Source of the DNA: Lingula anatina
Lineage: Eukaryota; Animalia; Brachiopoda
DNA: 64,000 nt
Direction of reading: 5' to 3'
Assembly (NCBI GenBank): GCA_051362555.1
Contig: CM120644.1
Coordinates: 9,990,954 to 10,054,953 of the forward strand
This document shows, piece by piece, positions 15,428 through 28,634 of the stretch (positions are counted from its first letter, which is position 1; each line of letters begins with the position of its first letter). The notes under the pieces are model-generated. The model did no database searches. It was given only the letters and a program-made list of their open reading frames with translations, and was not told where the DNA came from. The translations under genes and the position numbers were made by a program.

Positions 15428-15899
15428 TACTTGTGAAACCATTCTTATTTAATTAAATTCATAAAATTATATGGTCTAAAGAGTTTAATGTAATAGTGCA
15501 AGGATTTTGCTTTTTTCCTTTTTTTCTCTCTCTCTCTCTTAATTGTGCCAGACACTGGTAGTCGCAAGTTATATAATGGTGGCTAGACTGGCTTTTACTC
15601 AGTAGATTCAAAGATACACGAATTTCAGGCAAGGAGAGTGCATCACCTGTGTACAATTTTAAGATAAATTTGTGAAAGGGTGAAATAACATAATTTCATC
15701 AACAAATGAAGGCATTCTTTTGGATCGAGTACCACGTTGAATTCTGAGCGTCTATTAATAGATCTGATCATATATGTTTCAGCGTTTGACTCCTGATGCA
15801 CTGAGGCTACAGCAAAGCTAAACCAGACAAGGCGAAAATTTTGTAGGAAATGCCACTCCTTGGAACTGACAACGTCCAAAACAGGTGAACAACGGGATA

Positions 15900-16641
15900 T
15901 CTTAATGTTTTAAAAGATAACTGCTGCCATGTCGTTTACCGTGTCGATCAGACGACATAATAATGACCTGAGACGTTGGCAACGTGATAGATCTACTGAA
16001 TTATCGTCCTGAAGGCTTTTCGGCACTTTTTTGCCTGTGGACTGGGGTACTACACATAGTATAAATTTCTTTTTCGCAAAATTTCAATGTCAATTTACGG
16101 TCTCAGAGGTTTACAGGTAACCAAGCAGAAACCGAGAAAGTGACGTAACCTCTGAAGGCACTTGACCGATTCTTTGCTGGAACAGCGTCTGCCGTCAACC
16201 AGTCATCGTCAACAAGGGTTGACACCGGTAGAAACATTACCTACCTTAATTTCAGTTGTTCCTAATTTAGATGATGTGCATAGTTTACAGTGTATGCTGC
16301 ACGTTGTCCATGGAATTTCAACTTCGAATACCGCTTAGTCACGAAGATTGACGTGACCTGTGACTGACCTTTTACGCCAGATGTCGCCACAAATCTGTAG
16401 GTGGATGATATCAAAATACGAAAGCTGGTTAAATACGGAGAAAAACACAGGATTGTGCGTCAGGCTTTTTTAGACATTAAAAGGGAGTTTAGTAAATATT
16501 TCACACAGAAACAAATTTTTTTATTTTCAGATTAATTCGATTCGCATCCCATCTTGACAAGGTCGAGGCCATATAATATTGGTACAGTCGCACTTTAGCA
16601 TAGTGGTTTACATAACTTTTCCTCAAGGGAATCCATTCAAA
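15900..16641. promoter_or_regulatory. Putative bidirectional promoter between the unidentified minus-strand gene and the DUF1295 gene
   Basis: Locally CpG-rich stretch in an otherwise CpG-poor background, lying between two divergent starts. CRE/E-box-like cores TGACGTAA (~16141) and TGACGTGAC (~16349); possible non-coding first-exon donor on the minus strand at ~15939. Confidence 0.45.
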
Positions 16642-16995
16642 ATGAACCTGTTGGCCAAGGCAGCCTTAGTTGATTTTTGCATCCAGTGGCTGTGTTGGGC
16701 GGTGGCGGCAACTTTGAAGACAGAGAAGTTTTATGATTTAGCTGGTAAGTTTTCGATTCGTGAACTCAATTCATTTTTCCCGCGGGGAGACTCTGTAAGT
16801 TACTTAAAGCTGCAAGGCGAGGCAGTCGGTTGTCACCTTTGTCATAATACATACTGAAGTCAAGGTAGAGTCACCCAAATAGTTCATTCAGAACACTTTA
16901 CCTAAAACTTTTTTCTGCAGATGTGTTTCAACATACTGGTACAATGATTGAAATGCCAGCACACATTGAAGGGTCATTTTTGGGTTCTGTTGCAG

Positions 16996-17027
<32 letters not shown>

Positions 17028-18908
17028 ACTCTCCCAGGAACTCTTTAATTTCCAACCCTGGCAGGGCTTTGATGATCATGATATTTGAATGCACGGACAT
17101 GAAGATTCTTATATATTTAAAAAACATGGAGAATTATTTGATGAATTATCAAACTAATATATTTGAATGCTAATTTAATTTTAAACTGTCCAATTTATTG
17201 TACAATACATGCATTTAAAATTTAGGATCCAGTACTTTCTTTTTGGTTGTGGTCCAGACATTAGTTTGGGGAGAACGCTACTTCACAAGGCAAAAGGTGC
17301 AGACAGGACTGGTGGCAATATGGGCTGTCAGGTACAGTATGTGCACAGTAATAACCACTGTAGGTAGTCCACTAAAAAATATCTACAAAATTTGTTTAAA
17401 AAAGCAGAGTTTTGTAAAATATAAGTATCAACAAGTTTATTGAATTGGTCGGTAAAAGCCTAATGAATACATGTAGAATGCTGCTCCTTTCATTGTCTAA
17501 CTTCTGGTTAGATAATCAAGTTTCCCATAAAAATATTTACTATATGAAGGTACTTTTTCAGCCAAAGTATTTATGGTAAATATTATGTTTAAGAGATTTA
17601 CTTAAATTGATTACTTTATATCTTGATTTACTTATAAGCTACAGATGTATACAGCAGTAAACCAATATGTTTGATGATGACATAAGTATATATGATCATT
17701 TGTTGCAGGTTAGGCAGCTATCTGGTCCCCAGGATCCTTCAAGACGGCCATGACAAGAGGTTTGATGGGGTCAGGGACAATCCACCCAAATTCCTCATCT
17801 ACTGGACAATACAGGGTATTATTTTTATTTTCATTTCCAAAAAAAGGAAATTCATTCATGATTTTACTGTTTGAATGAAATAGGCTTGATATGGCACTAT
17901 TTAGCACACAATTTAACTTGTTGATTTATTTTATAGAAGTGTCAGTTATTTTCATATAAAGAATAAGTACATTTGTACATTTTGCTTGTACCTTGTTTTA
18001 TGTGCACACAATGAATTGTTTTCACAATACAAAGTTTGTATAAGAAGTGTCATATCAGATAAAAACAGTAGCTTCATCACTCATTAATTACACATTACCC
18101 ATGATTGCCTTACTTTCAGGAGTCTGGGTCTTTGTTACCCTGTTACCAACTCTTCTCCTCAACCTGAAGAAAAATGACCTATCACTGTGTGCCAGAGACA
18201 TGTTGGGCTGGGGATTATGGGTAGTGGGGTTTCTGTTTGAAGCCATTGCCGATTACCAGAAATCTCAGTTCAGGAGTGATCCTGCTAATAAAGTGAGTGA
18301 GGGGTGCTTCTGAATGTTTTTGCCAAATAAGAAAAATGTGAAAATATTTTTTTATCCAAAACAGATTAGTGAACCTATCAAAATAAATTTGACAAAAAAA
18401 GTTTAAGTGAAATGGTTTGCATAATCTAAAGAATTTAATAATTGGGTAAAATATACCATGCTAGAAGGAGCCCAGTCATTGCTTTCCAAATAGTAGAACC
18501 AGTTTTAAGATTGGTCACCAGGAGCAAAAGCTCTCTGTCAATTCGTGAGGTACAGCCTCAATTTCATATAGAAAGTGAAAAGTTTGAAATTACACTCATA
18601 TTGTGTATCTAATACAAGACATCTTACTCCAGGGCATGTTTATACAGGAAGGACTATGGTCAATCAGTCGACACCCAAATTATTTTGGCGAGATCTTAAT
18701 GTGGACAGGACTGTTTATCTCGGCCAGCTCGGTGCTGGACGGAGTGGAGCTCCTCAGTGTTATTTCTCCCATGTTTGTAGCATTTCTGCTGATCAAAGTC
18801 AGTGGTATTCCTTTGCTGGAAAAGGCAGGACTGAAAAAATGGGGCTCCAACCCAGCATATCAGGCCTACCTGAGGGATACGGCAGTGTTGGTGCCATATG
18901 TGTGGTAG
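16642..18908 (+). CDS. DUF1295 / steroid 5-alpha-reductase-like multi-pass membrane protein (~254 aa)
   Basis: Exons 16642-16744, 17226-17331, 17709-17815, 18120-18292, 18633-18908; all GT-AG with matching phases. Family motifs TEKFYDLAGS, WAVRLGSYL..RI..DGHDKRFD, FEAIADYQK and GLWSISRHPNYFGEIL. Confidence 0.9.
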
Positions 18909-18959
18909 GCTTGATGTCAGGGGTGACGCCATGTTTTCAGATTGCGATCAATGCACAAT

Positions 18960-19095
18960 GATGGATCCAGAGATATTTTCTGACAATTCTTCCAAATTAT
19001 CTTTGTTGCTCCTTAATTAGATGCATGTCAATGTAAGCTTGAAAAATTCTGAACATGTTTCAGAATACCCAGAAGATGGCTTCCATCTGCCCCTG
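18960..19095 (+). mobile_element. Degenerate hAT-type MITE copy in the DUF1295 3' UTR region
   Basis: ggatccagagatattttctgaca...ccaaattatctttgttg...tgtcaatgtaagcttgaaaa...atctgcccctg, homologous to 62255-62423. Confidence 0.7.
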
Positions 19096-20364
19096 AATAC
19101 AGACAGGCCAAAATCATTTTCATAAGAATACTAAAACTAGAGTTACAGTTATTTAAGTTGTACATCAAAATTTTACAGTTTTGAGTTAATGAGTATTTGT
19201 AAAAAAAAAATATAGAAAGTAAAAACTTGTTGAAATATGTAGCAACTCAAAACAGAACTATGGGATACTAGTACTAATTGTAGATGCAAATAAATACACA
19301 GGTCTTTTTTTTATTTTTTGTTGGAAAACAAATCAGGAAAATATGCAATCTTATAAATATATAAATAAATTTATATCTCTTTACTTTTGCATAAGTACAA
19401 AGTATTGTTTGTTAAAAAACCAAAAAGCTGTGAACTGAAATACTTAAATTTATTTTTGAAAAATAAATGGTTTCTTAACAGTTTGGAATCCATGTTATTT
19501 ATTGGGAACTGACAGAACAAGGATTTTTTGTGCATTTTTCACTTCTTATACATCATTAGTGAAATAATATTTGATGTTACTGCAGTTGAACTCATTATTT
19601 GAATACACAAATGTGTGACTTACAATCATCAAGTAACTGGAATGTTTTAGTAGCAGCACTATCTCATTCAGCAATAAAACCTAAGGTTAAAATTTGGTGT
19701 GGACCTTGTATAACATTTCAATGTCGCTGCTTCTTACAATTTTGAAATGTATGTCTATCCACTTGACAGCTTTACTGCAATGTTTTACATTAATGGATAG
19801 ATCATTTGTCAACCTGATAGAATGAGGAGTTTGATCCGTCTGTTAGAAAGCTCAGTTTCTCAGCATAAAATTGTGAAGATCAAGCAGAGAAGAATAATCC
19901 ATGTTCTTTGATATGTAATTGAATTTCTTTACTGATGTGAGGTTTAACTGCTGCGCTCAACTTCAGTCACCGGCTTATGACACTAACTATAAGTCTCTAT
20001 AAGAATCCAAAACGATTTTTATAAAAGATACCAACCCTTGGTCTTCAATATATGCATAAATCTTTTTAACAAAAAATTGCCAACACTGCATTTTTCTTGG
20101 GAACTAATAAGTATATTTTAAGAAGGGTGATAAAAACTGGCAGGATGTCTGATGGACAGTACAGTAACACAAGCACCGATCAGCATTTATCTACTCATCT
20201 GAATCACAAGTAAGGTAACAATTATCTTTTACTATGCTGTCACATAGTTTGTGATAAAAAGTGACAACACATGCCAAGCCACTCCTGGCTTGTGTTAGGT
20301 GTGACAATCCCAATGTCTGTGTCAGTTTGGGAGTGTCTTGGGTGAGACAACACACTGTCTCCCT

Positions 20365-23300
20365 CTATAAGCCACAGGCGATAATAGGGTGGACCTCAAT
20401 CCCAGCATGCTCTTCAGCTGGTGACTCCATTTCCTCAACCTGCTCTAATATGTCCGTGTGGTCAATAGTGGACAGGTCAGTCTCAGGCAGGTGGACGTTA
20501 TGACCAATTAAAACCTGCAGTTTGTTAGAAGTTACTGGCGTGTTAGATGTGCTAGGTGAGATTTCTGGTTGTTCTGATTGTGTTTGGAGTTCGAGTGAAT
20601 TTGTTAGATGTGCCTCTGTATGAGACAGCACTGGTTCAGTTTGTAACATTTGTCCTGATTGTATCACATCATCCAGTTGTCCATCATGTTCCAAGGATTG
20701 TTCCTGGTCCTCAATTACATTGATGAGAACCGTTTCTGATTGTGTTGGATGTTCCACTGATTGTGTTGGTTGTGCCATGGCTGTCTCATTATCAGTCTGC
20801 TTTGCATTTAATTCTCTCAGGGCAGCATCCCCCAAGACATCTAGATTGTAGGACATATCATCAGGATGTACCTCTTCCTGGGCATCTCTAAAATATAAGT
20901 TATGGTTTATATATTGTATTTTGCATGAAAAAGATGGAAGTCGACACTAGTATAGTGTCATGCTCTTAATCTGCTTCCTGAATTGAATTGAGCCAATACG
21001 TTTTCTTTTTATGTGCAGAAACAATGACAGGTTTGTCTTACAGAAAAAAAAAATGAATTTTAGACTTTTGCAAGTTGAAACCACAAGGGAGATTGAGATG
21101 TATTTTAGTTAAACTTGTCATGAATTTTTTAAACAGAAGATTCATTTTAAAATGTGTCGGTTCTTTACTTTTCATTTACATTGATGTAAGTAATGCAATA
21201 CAAATACATCAGAAACATTTACAAAATCGTTCCCTTCATCAAAAATTTCTTGTGAAAGAAACCAGAGAACAAGGCTAAGAAATATGGAGACATAAAATGA
21301 AAGAAACCAATTCAAGTGACATTAACAAACAATTAAAAACCTCCAATATGAGTGGTAAATAAGAAGAACTCTACCCTTGCCCCTCCTCATCTGTACCATC
21401 TTCAGGAATGACCTCCACTGTGACCTCCTCCTCATCCTCGTCTCTCCGTTCTGGTGCCTTCTCCAGAAAATGTTCTGTCAGCTCAATAGACTCGTACCTC
21501 ACCGTCTGCAGCCGGAAGAAAGAGTCCTCGTGGAGTTTATACCTGAACAGACACATAGATAAACTGTTACTTACACTGTTACTTAATTCAAACAATATTG
21601 ATAAAATGCATTTCTTAAAATAAATATATATTTTTTGTTGCTGTTGGCAATACATGAATTTTTTTTTTTAAGTTTTGAAAATCAACTGTTACAGTATTTA
21701 AAATATTCTTTGTTGGATCAAGCACATAAAACAATGACATAACCATTATATAGTAAATACAATAATGTTATATGTTAGTTTCCAAGGAAAAGCTTTACAT
21801 ACATGTACATAATACACTTCAAACACTGAAGACTGCAAGACATGTAGTATCGTTTCAAAGTTTTGAACTGTGTTAAAATGAAAAAAAAAGGAGTCAAAAA
21901 GTGCTGAAACTTGTGAAAATTATAAAGATCTAGTAGCTGATGGTTTTGACACGTGTGAGATATAACTGGCTACCAACCTGAACCTGGTGTGTCCTGAAGG
22001 CCACTTGAATTTGTGGTGATTTTTGAGATGGTGTGTCAGTTTTTCTCCACGGGTGTATGTAGTATTACAGATGTGGCACATATACTTGGGTTTGATGCCC
22101 ATCTGTGGAAAGATTTGATGAATAAAATATTCATAAACCTTTTTTTAAAAAATTGACATCTCATAAGTGGCAAATGCAATACATATACTGCTTAGCCACA
22201 GGGACAATAAATATTAAACAGAACTTAACCAATGTTCACATAGAGATTCAAATTACAACTTTAAAATTTTATACACTATCAGGCAGGTATTTAGAGGGTT
22301 TCAAAAGAACTGCCCTTCTGGCAAGAATAAGTCCAATTTTTCATTAAAAAAAAATATCCTTGTCTCTGAAACCGCTTTCTACAGATCTGATCTTACTTAT
22401 TTCAATCTTTTTTTATGCAAATATCATTATTCTTCACTGCTAACCTATCAAGTTTTGATATGGACTGAATCAGTTTTCAAAAATTTGGTGTAATCTATCA
22501 CATTCAAAATATTGTCTTCATATTGGGATGATCAAATGTATTTAAATTTCCTAAAAGGACTCTTGAATTAATTTTCAATGAAGAGCAGGGCATATTGTGG
22601 GGATGTAAAAAACAATTCACTTTGAGAAAAATGCCTTAAATGATAGAAAAATTCTTGACTTCAGACGTCACACACACATACCGGGTTAGCTGTGTGTTTC
22701 CTGAAGTGTCGAACAAACAGGTTGTAAACCTTAGCGCTGTATTTACAGTTTGGGTAATGACAGTAGAACATGGGTTTCTCATTGTGGGTCTCTAAGTGTT
22801 TCCTTAAGTCTGCAAGGGTTTTACATCTGAAAGATATGATCATCACTTAAACTTTTCAACCAGCATTAATTGATCTAATTCTTCTCCTTAATCTTTTCTG
22901 CACTTTCTTTACTTTTGGACGTCTTGGCCTTCAAACACTTTTAGTCAGAAAAGAAAATTTATTGATAATAGGAAAAAAATCAAAACCAATGCAGAGTGAG
23001 AGCAAGCAGGGATGCATGGTAGTTTTAATTCAAGGTTTATTTGTTTAAAATACAAATTAGGTTTTAACTTATCACATGGCTGGCACTTCCACCAATAGGA
23101 TAATTGCACAAGTTTTGCTTACAAGGCATGTTCATTTCATTGTGTCCTGAGCATAAATACCAGTGCAATCATCCTCTTGAGCCAAGGACCAGCAGTAGAA
23201 TAAGTCAGTTACAACCACTACACCTCCATAATTACACTCTTGTAGGACCTGTCTTGTAACTAATACTTATCCAACTACAAATATAAAAGTCAACTTACTT

Positions 23301-25936
23301 CCTATAGTTACATAATGTGTATTTGAAAAGTTTTTACACTAAAAGTCTACTGCCTAAATGATGCTGACTTTTTTAAAATTTTGAAAAGTTTTCCAGCAAA
23401 AAGTAATTATCACGAGGCAACAGCATTATTGATGATATGATATCAGAATATTGAAGAAAGCACTAACTTGCGTTCACAACCAGTGCATTTATATGGTTTC
23501 TCATTTGTGTGACGATAACGAATATGGTTCCTCAACGCAGAGGGTGCAGGGCACGTCATGTCACAGAGAGGGCACTTGTAGTGGTTGACATGGTTACGCA
23601 TGTGATCACGTAGAAGCCGCTCCGTGTTGAACCTCTTGTTGCAGTGAGAGCACTGATAGCAATGAGCTGAAGATGAAAGATCAGTTAAGTTTCAAAACAA
23701 ATACCAATTTATGACACAAAGTGTAGTGTTCTCTTAAACAAAATGTCTGATTCTTTTAATTTTACATATTTACAAGCCTGGAGTATTAAAACAAACTTAA
23801 TAGTCCTCCCCATCCTTCCTATTGAAAAAATGGCAAAGGTGAGGAGAGCTAAATGATTGTAATTTTCAATAAAAAATTTTTTGTGATCCTAAAAATTATA
23901 AAAAAAACACACTGGGTAATACAGAGAAAAACCATTTGCTATGCAAATTAGGAAAGTTAAAAGATAAATTTTCACTTACGATCTGCCTGAGATTGTCTCT
24001 TGACATGGTCAAAGAATTTTGTTCGATTTGAGAAAAGTCCGCCGCAGGTAGGGCAGGCCACCACTTTCTGCTGGGTGTGACTGCGCAGGTGCTCCTTTAG
24101 CTTATGTTTACTTTTATAGCTGTGTCCACAACCTGTCAATAAATAAAAGCACCCTGTCATCCTTTGACTGCAACTGACTGCCATGGCTGGGGAATTTCCT
24201 GGGAAATGCTTAGTCAATCTATTAAAGCAGCCTCTTATAATGTCACTTTCAGATAAGCGACAGAAATAAATGGATCTTTAAATTGTAAAATTACGGTGAA
24301 AATGACAAATGATAGAGAGAGAGAAAGAAAGAGGTGGGGGTAGGGAAACTCACCTTCCCACTCACACCTGCAGCCACCAGGCACATTATTGCCCTCAGGA
24401 TAATCCTCTGCATGGAAGGCAACATGGCGGTAGAAGTACTCTGGGTTATCAGATATTTCCTGTGAATAAGATAAAAGTGGGAGAAATCAATATAGGTGGT
24501 TACATGAAGGTGTAAGACATGAAGGTGAAACATTTTTACAGGCAATAAGAACTGCCACTGAATTCACTTGGATAAAAGTTACTAAGGCGATTCTGTTGAC
24601 TAAAATAATTTGGAAGACCCATGTAACAGAGTCCTGTCATCGACATTTACAGGTAATAATTACATAAGGTAGTAAGCACTCTTCTAGATTCGGACCCCCT
24701 TACATCATGCTAACCCTAACCTGTACGAATCTAATGGGTGACAGGCTCTACTGCTGGGAACATCAATTTTGTCCCACAGTCTCACCTCACATTCTTTCCA
24801 CCCACACTTACATCATGCTAACCCTAACCTGTACAGATCTAATACTAGTAGGTGACAAGCTCTATTGCTTAGACCCTCCAGTTTTGTCCCACAGTCTCAC
24901 CTCACACTCTTTCCATCCACACTGCAGCCTCTCTGGCAGCTCTGGAATCATGTTTCTGGTGGCAGAATCCAGCATGCATCCCTGCTTGCTCTCGCTCTGC
25001 AGCAGCATGGTCATCCCGAAACACTTAATCTTCACGTGGAAGCAGTGAAAGTAGGTATGGCGAAGGTAATCAAAGTGGTCCCTCTCTGCCAAATAGCCAC
25101 ACTCTCGCCACTTGCACTTGCTGGGTTTGTACACATCGAGGACTGGTGCTGGAAATATGATAAAAAGTTTTTTAGAAGTCTTTCTCCACAACATAGCCTC
25201 GCTCTAGCCATTTGCACTTGCTGGGTTTGTACACATCGAGGACTGGTGCTGGAAATATGATAAAAAGTTTTTTAGAAGTCTTTCTCCACAACATAGCCTC
25301 GCTCTAGCCATTTGCACTTGCCGGGTTTGTACACATCAAGGACTGGTGCTGGAAATATGATAAAGAGGTTTTAGAAGAGAGTCCCTCTCTGAAACAAAGC
25401 CTCACTCTTGCCCCTTTCTCCTTGTGGGTGGTAGACTCGCACTTCAAGAAATCGATGTAAAATGGCTAATTTTCACATTTGAATGAACAATGTAGAAAAA
25501 GTATGTAAGCTAAATCTCCCATTTCGCACATCATGTGAAGAACAATAATCTTCATAATTACCTCTTCTAAATCTTTACATCCCCTAAAGTGCCAAGCAAA
25601 AGGCCATTCTCATCTATCTGAAGGGTTTCCCAGATAATAGTATCCATTAAGTTTCCCATAAGACTCCAGCATAATCAGTTGAAATTGAAAACACCTTTAG
25701 GATCTAGAGTACCAGAAACAAAAAAAAATTCTCTATGCCATTGCCTGCCCCCTACCTTGTCCTGCCTGGGATCTCTCCGCTATGAACTCATGGTTCAAAT
25801 GGTCCAGGACATGCTTGAGAAAGTCATCCATGTTGTCAAACACGTCCTCACAGGTGCCCCACTCACAGGAGAGAGTAAGAGGGTCGTTCTTATGGGGAGG
25901 CTGAATCTGGCGTTTTAGTTTCTTCTTTGGGGGCAT
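20365..25936 (-). CDS. HINFP: Histone H4 transcription factor (HiNF-P/MIZF), multi-C2H2 zinc finger protein
   Basis: Exons 25936-25756, 25148-24901, 24459-24354, 24132-23980, 23666-23468, 22826-22682, 22102-21978, 21542-21375, 20887-20365; phases consistent. Diagnostic motifs [66 protein letters not shown] and [30 protein letters not shown]. Confidence 0.95.
24699..24921. repeat. ~115 bp tandem duplication of the HINFP exon-2 donor region
   Basis: cttacatcatgctaaccctaacctgtac and ttttgtcccacagtctcacctcaca each occur twice (donor at 24900; copy at 24785). Confidence 0.85.
25075..25430. repeat. 100 bp tandem repeat (3 copies plus one degenerate) of the HINFP exon-2 acceptor region
   Basis: ttgcacttgctgggtttgtacacatcgaggactggtgctggaaatatgataaa recurs at ~25112, 25212 and 25312. 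Confidence 0.9.
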
Positions 25937-26099
25937 GGTCTGAAATTGTGGAAATATGTTGGCATTATAAACTTACTAAGTACCTAATGATTATTTATGT
26001 CTGCTTTAAATCACAGGAATTAATTTGCAACCTTTTATAACCTGTTTTAGCAATATTCATCATACAAGAGTTTTGGGTACTTACATAGTACAGTATATT

Positions 26100-26430
26100 C
26101 TTAGTCTTTGATTCACCTTGCCTCAGTTTTCGGTCTTACATGCTCACGAAGACTGAGGCAAACTTGAACCGCCATATTCAACTCGCTTAGTCCATAAAAT
26201 GGACTCCCTTTCAAGTTTTATTGAATCATAGCGGTTCATTAGACTGCCATTTTTCCTCTTACCTTTATCAAAAACAGCGAGCAACGCCTGCTTTATTGTT
26301 TTACGCCTTTTCTGCGTAAAAGACAAGTAGCCAATTTTTCTTATGACTGGAGGCTCGAAATTGCGGAAATCGAATGCGGCGGGACATCAGCCCCGCACTT
26401 AATGCAGGTGTCGTGATCAGAAGTTTTAAA
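26100..26430 (-). promoter_or_regulatory. Putative HINFP promoter / non-coding first exon
   Basis: CpG-rich patch just upstream of the ATG exon, whose acceptor (cag|accATG) lies at 25940. Minus-strand donor-like AAG|GTGAA near 26115. Confidence 0.4.
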
Positions 26431-27500
26431 AATTAAAGCTGACAATTTTGGTGCTGTTTTTACTCATAAGATATTTTCATAAATATATACTTCGAAAAAA
26501 ATATCGTACCATAATTCTTTTTTTATATTTTCGCATGGTCATTGACTGCCTGTGTGTGTGTGTGTGTGTGTGTGTGTGCGGGCGGGCGTCAGAGAATACT
26601 TTTTAAACGCAACATCGTTGTTCTTCTTAACAGCCTTTAACCTCCCCCGTGGCCACATGAAAATAAATAGATTATAGAAAGACAAGTTTCTAAAAATAGT
26701 TTATTTCATCGAACAAGTCCTTTTGAAGATGATAGATCTCTGAAATTTGAACTAAATCTAGAAAGGCTAAACTGGCTTTATTCTGTCATACCAACAAGAC
26801 TTAATTTTACACATTTATTTCTGTCTATTTAATATTTGTAAATCAGCATTGTCATTATCCCGACATGTTCTTCTATTACATACACAATTAAATCTGTTAT
26901 TCTGCTTATGGAATTTTTTTTTAAAATTATTGTTCTATATGCTACTAACCACGCCCCAATCCACCGTCTCGTGCTGCCATCTATTTGGACCTAAGCTTCC
27001 AAACATAATCCAATATCAGACTAAGATAACTGCTACAGTAAACATGGATTTATTGTAAACCAACCATTTGTAAACCACTCTTTGACTTACTACATGGTCT
27101 CAAATAATCCAAAAAGCCAGGCAGTTGTTTATTTAATTTAAGCAGTCTTTTTAAGCTAAGCCATAATTAATTGTTGGTCTAATTTGTTATGATCAACCCA
27201 GGCACCTGCCCCAAGCCTTGCCGTAACTCTGTTACTCAAGAGTAATACAGCATATCATATGAGATATAGTTACAGCAATTAATGAACAAAATATACATAA
27301 CTGAACATTGTAAGACTATAGGATATTTGTAAACAAAATATTTGACATAAAAATATATAACTACTTAATTTCTTATGTTGAGAAAAAGTTTAACATGACA
27401 AAAAGAGCAATTGAAAATAAATACTATTCTCTTAATAATGAGGTACAATTAATAATGTGGAGACAATTACAGTGGAGACAGTTACAGAAATCAGCAAAGT

Positions 27501-27555
<55 letters not shown>

Positions 27556-27606
27556 TAGTTATCATCATCACATCAATGTAAAATGAGATTCTTCTGAGAT
27601 TCTAAT

Positions 27607-27639
<33 letters not shown>

Positions 27640-28044
27640 CAATCTTACAACAAAAAATCATGGGAATGTTTTCAAGGTGTGGACAACTTGATAGTATAAA
27701 ACTTGTCATATAGAGTTATCAAATGAATTTATGAATCACTGCCAACCTGAAAGAAATTCATTCTTAAATGGGAATGAATTAGGCCAAGTGACAAAACTGA
27801 CAATGTGAAATGAACTGACAGCCTTGCAATTGGAGACTGTTAACTGGAGGTTCATTTAAAAAATCTTGATTTTCAATACAGCAGTACTGGACATTTTGAC
27901 ATGTATATGTTACATTTTGCAATTAACATTGTAGTCCCTTGGAGAGTATACAAATAGAAATACATTTGATGCCAAATAAATAATCATCATCACTATAAAT
28001 TCATTGTCAATAACATAACTATATAACTTCTAAAACTGTGCGAA

Positions 28045-28156
28045 TGTAAGACTTGGCTGTTAATTGTAAGCTTTCATGTAAGATTCCTTGTGCGAACTAT
28101 GCAAATACGATGTAAAACTTGGCTGTTAATTGTAAGCTTTTATATAAGATTCCTTG
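28045..28156. repeat. ~65 bp imperfect tandem duplication
   Basis: acttggctgttaattgtaagcttt...aagattccttg twice. Confidence 0.8.
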
Positions 28157-28634
28157 AGCACATTTTTACATTTATATAAAGAAATCTCTTCAGAACAAAA
28201 ATGGCAAACAGATGCAAGAATTGGTCCACTGCAACCCTCAACAAGCAGGATTCTAAGAGTGCATTCACAACAGCAGACTAACAGATCCATGGATCAAATA
28301 TGGCTGACCCACTTGAATACTTGTTGCGTAATCCCCATAGGGAATCTATTAAGTGTCTAATCAGGAATTTAGTTATCTCGTTCAATAAAGTTATCTCATT
28401 GTCCATTTAAATATATATATAAATATACAAGTACATAATTTGCCATTCAACTATTAATCCCAGATACAACCACATATCACTTGAAGGGGCACCAGGGCCA
28501 GGTGCTCCCTCCCTTATACGCTTCAGCTCCAAGTTTTCTCAGTTTAGCATAGTTTCCTTTTTTAATGCACAGAGCAATTTTTGTCAAGAATTATACTCTT
28601 CCCTATAACAAAAACAGTATATACATATTACTCA

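Noticed and set aside
26350-26400. HINFP autoregulatory binding site in its own promoter
   Set aside because: GCGG-rich words are present, but none matches the CGGACG-type core well enough to claim.
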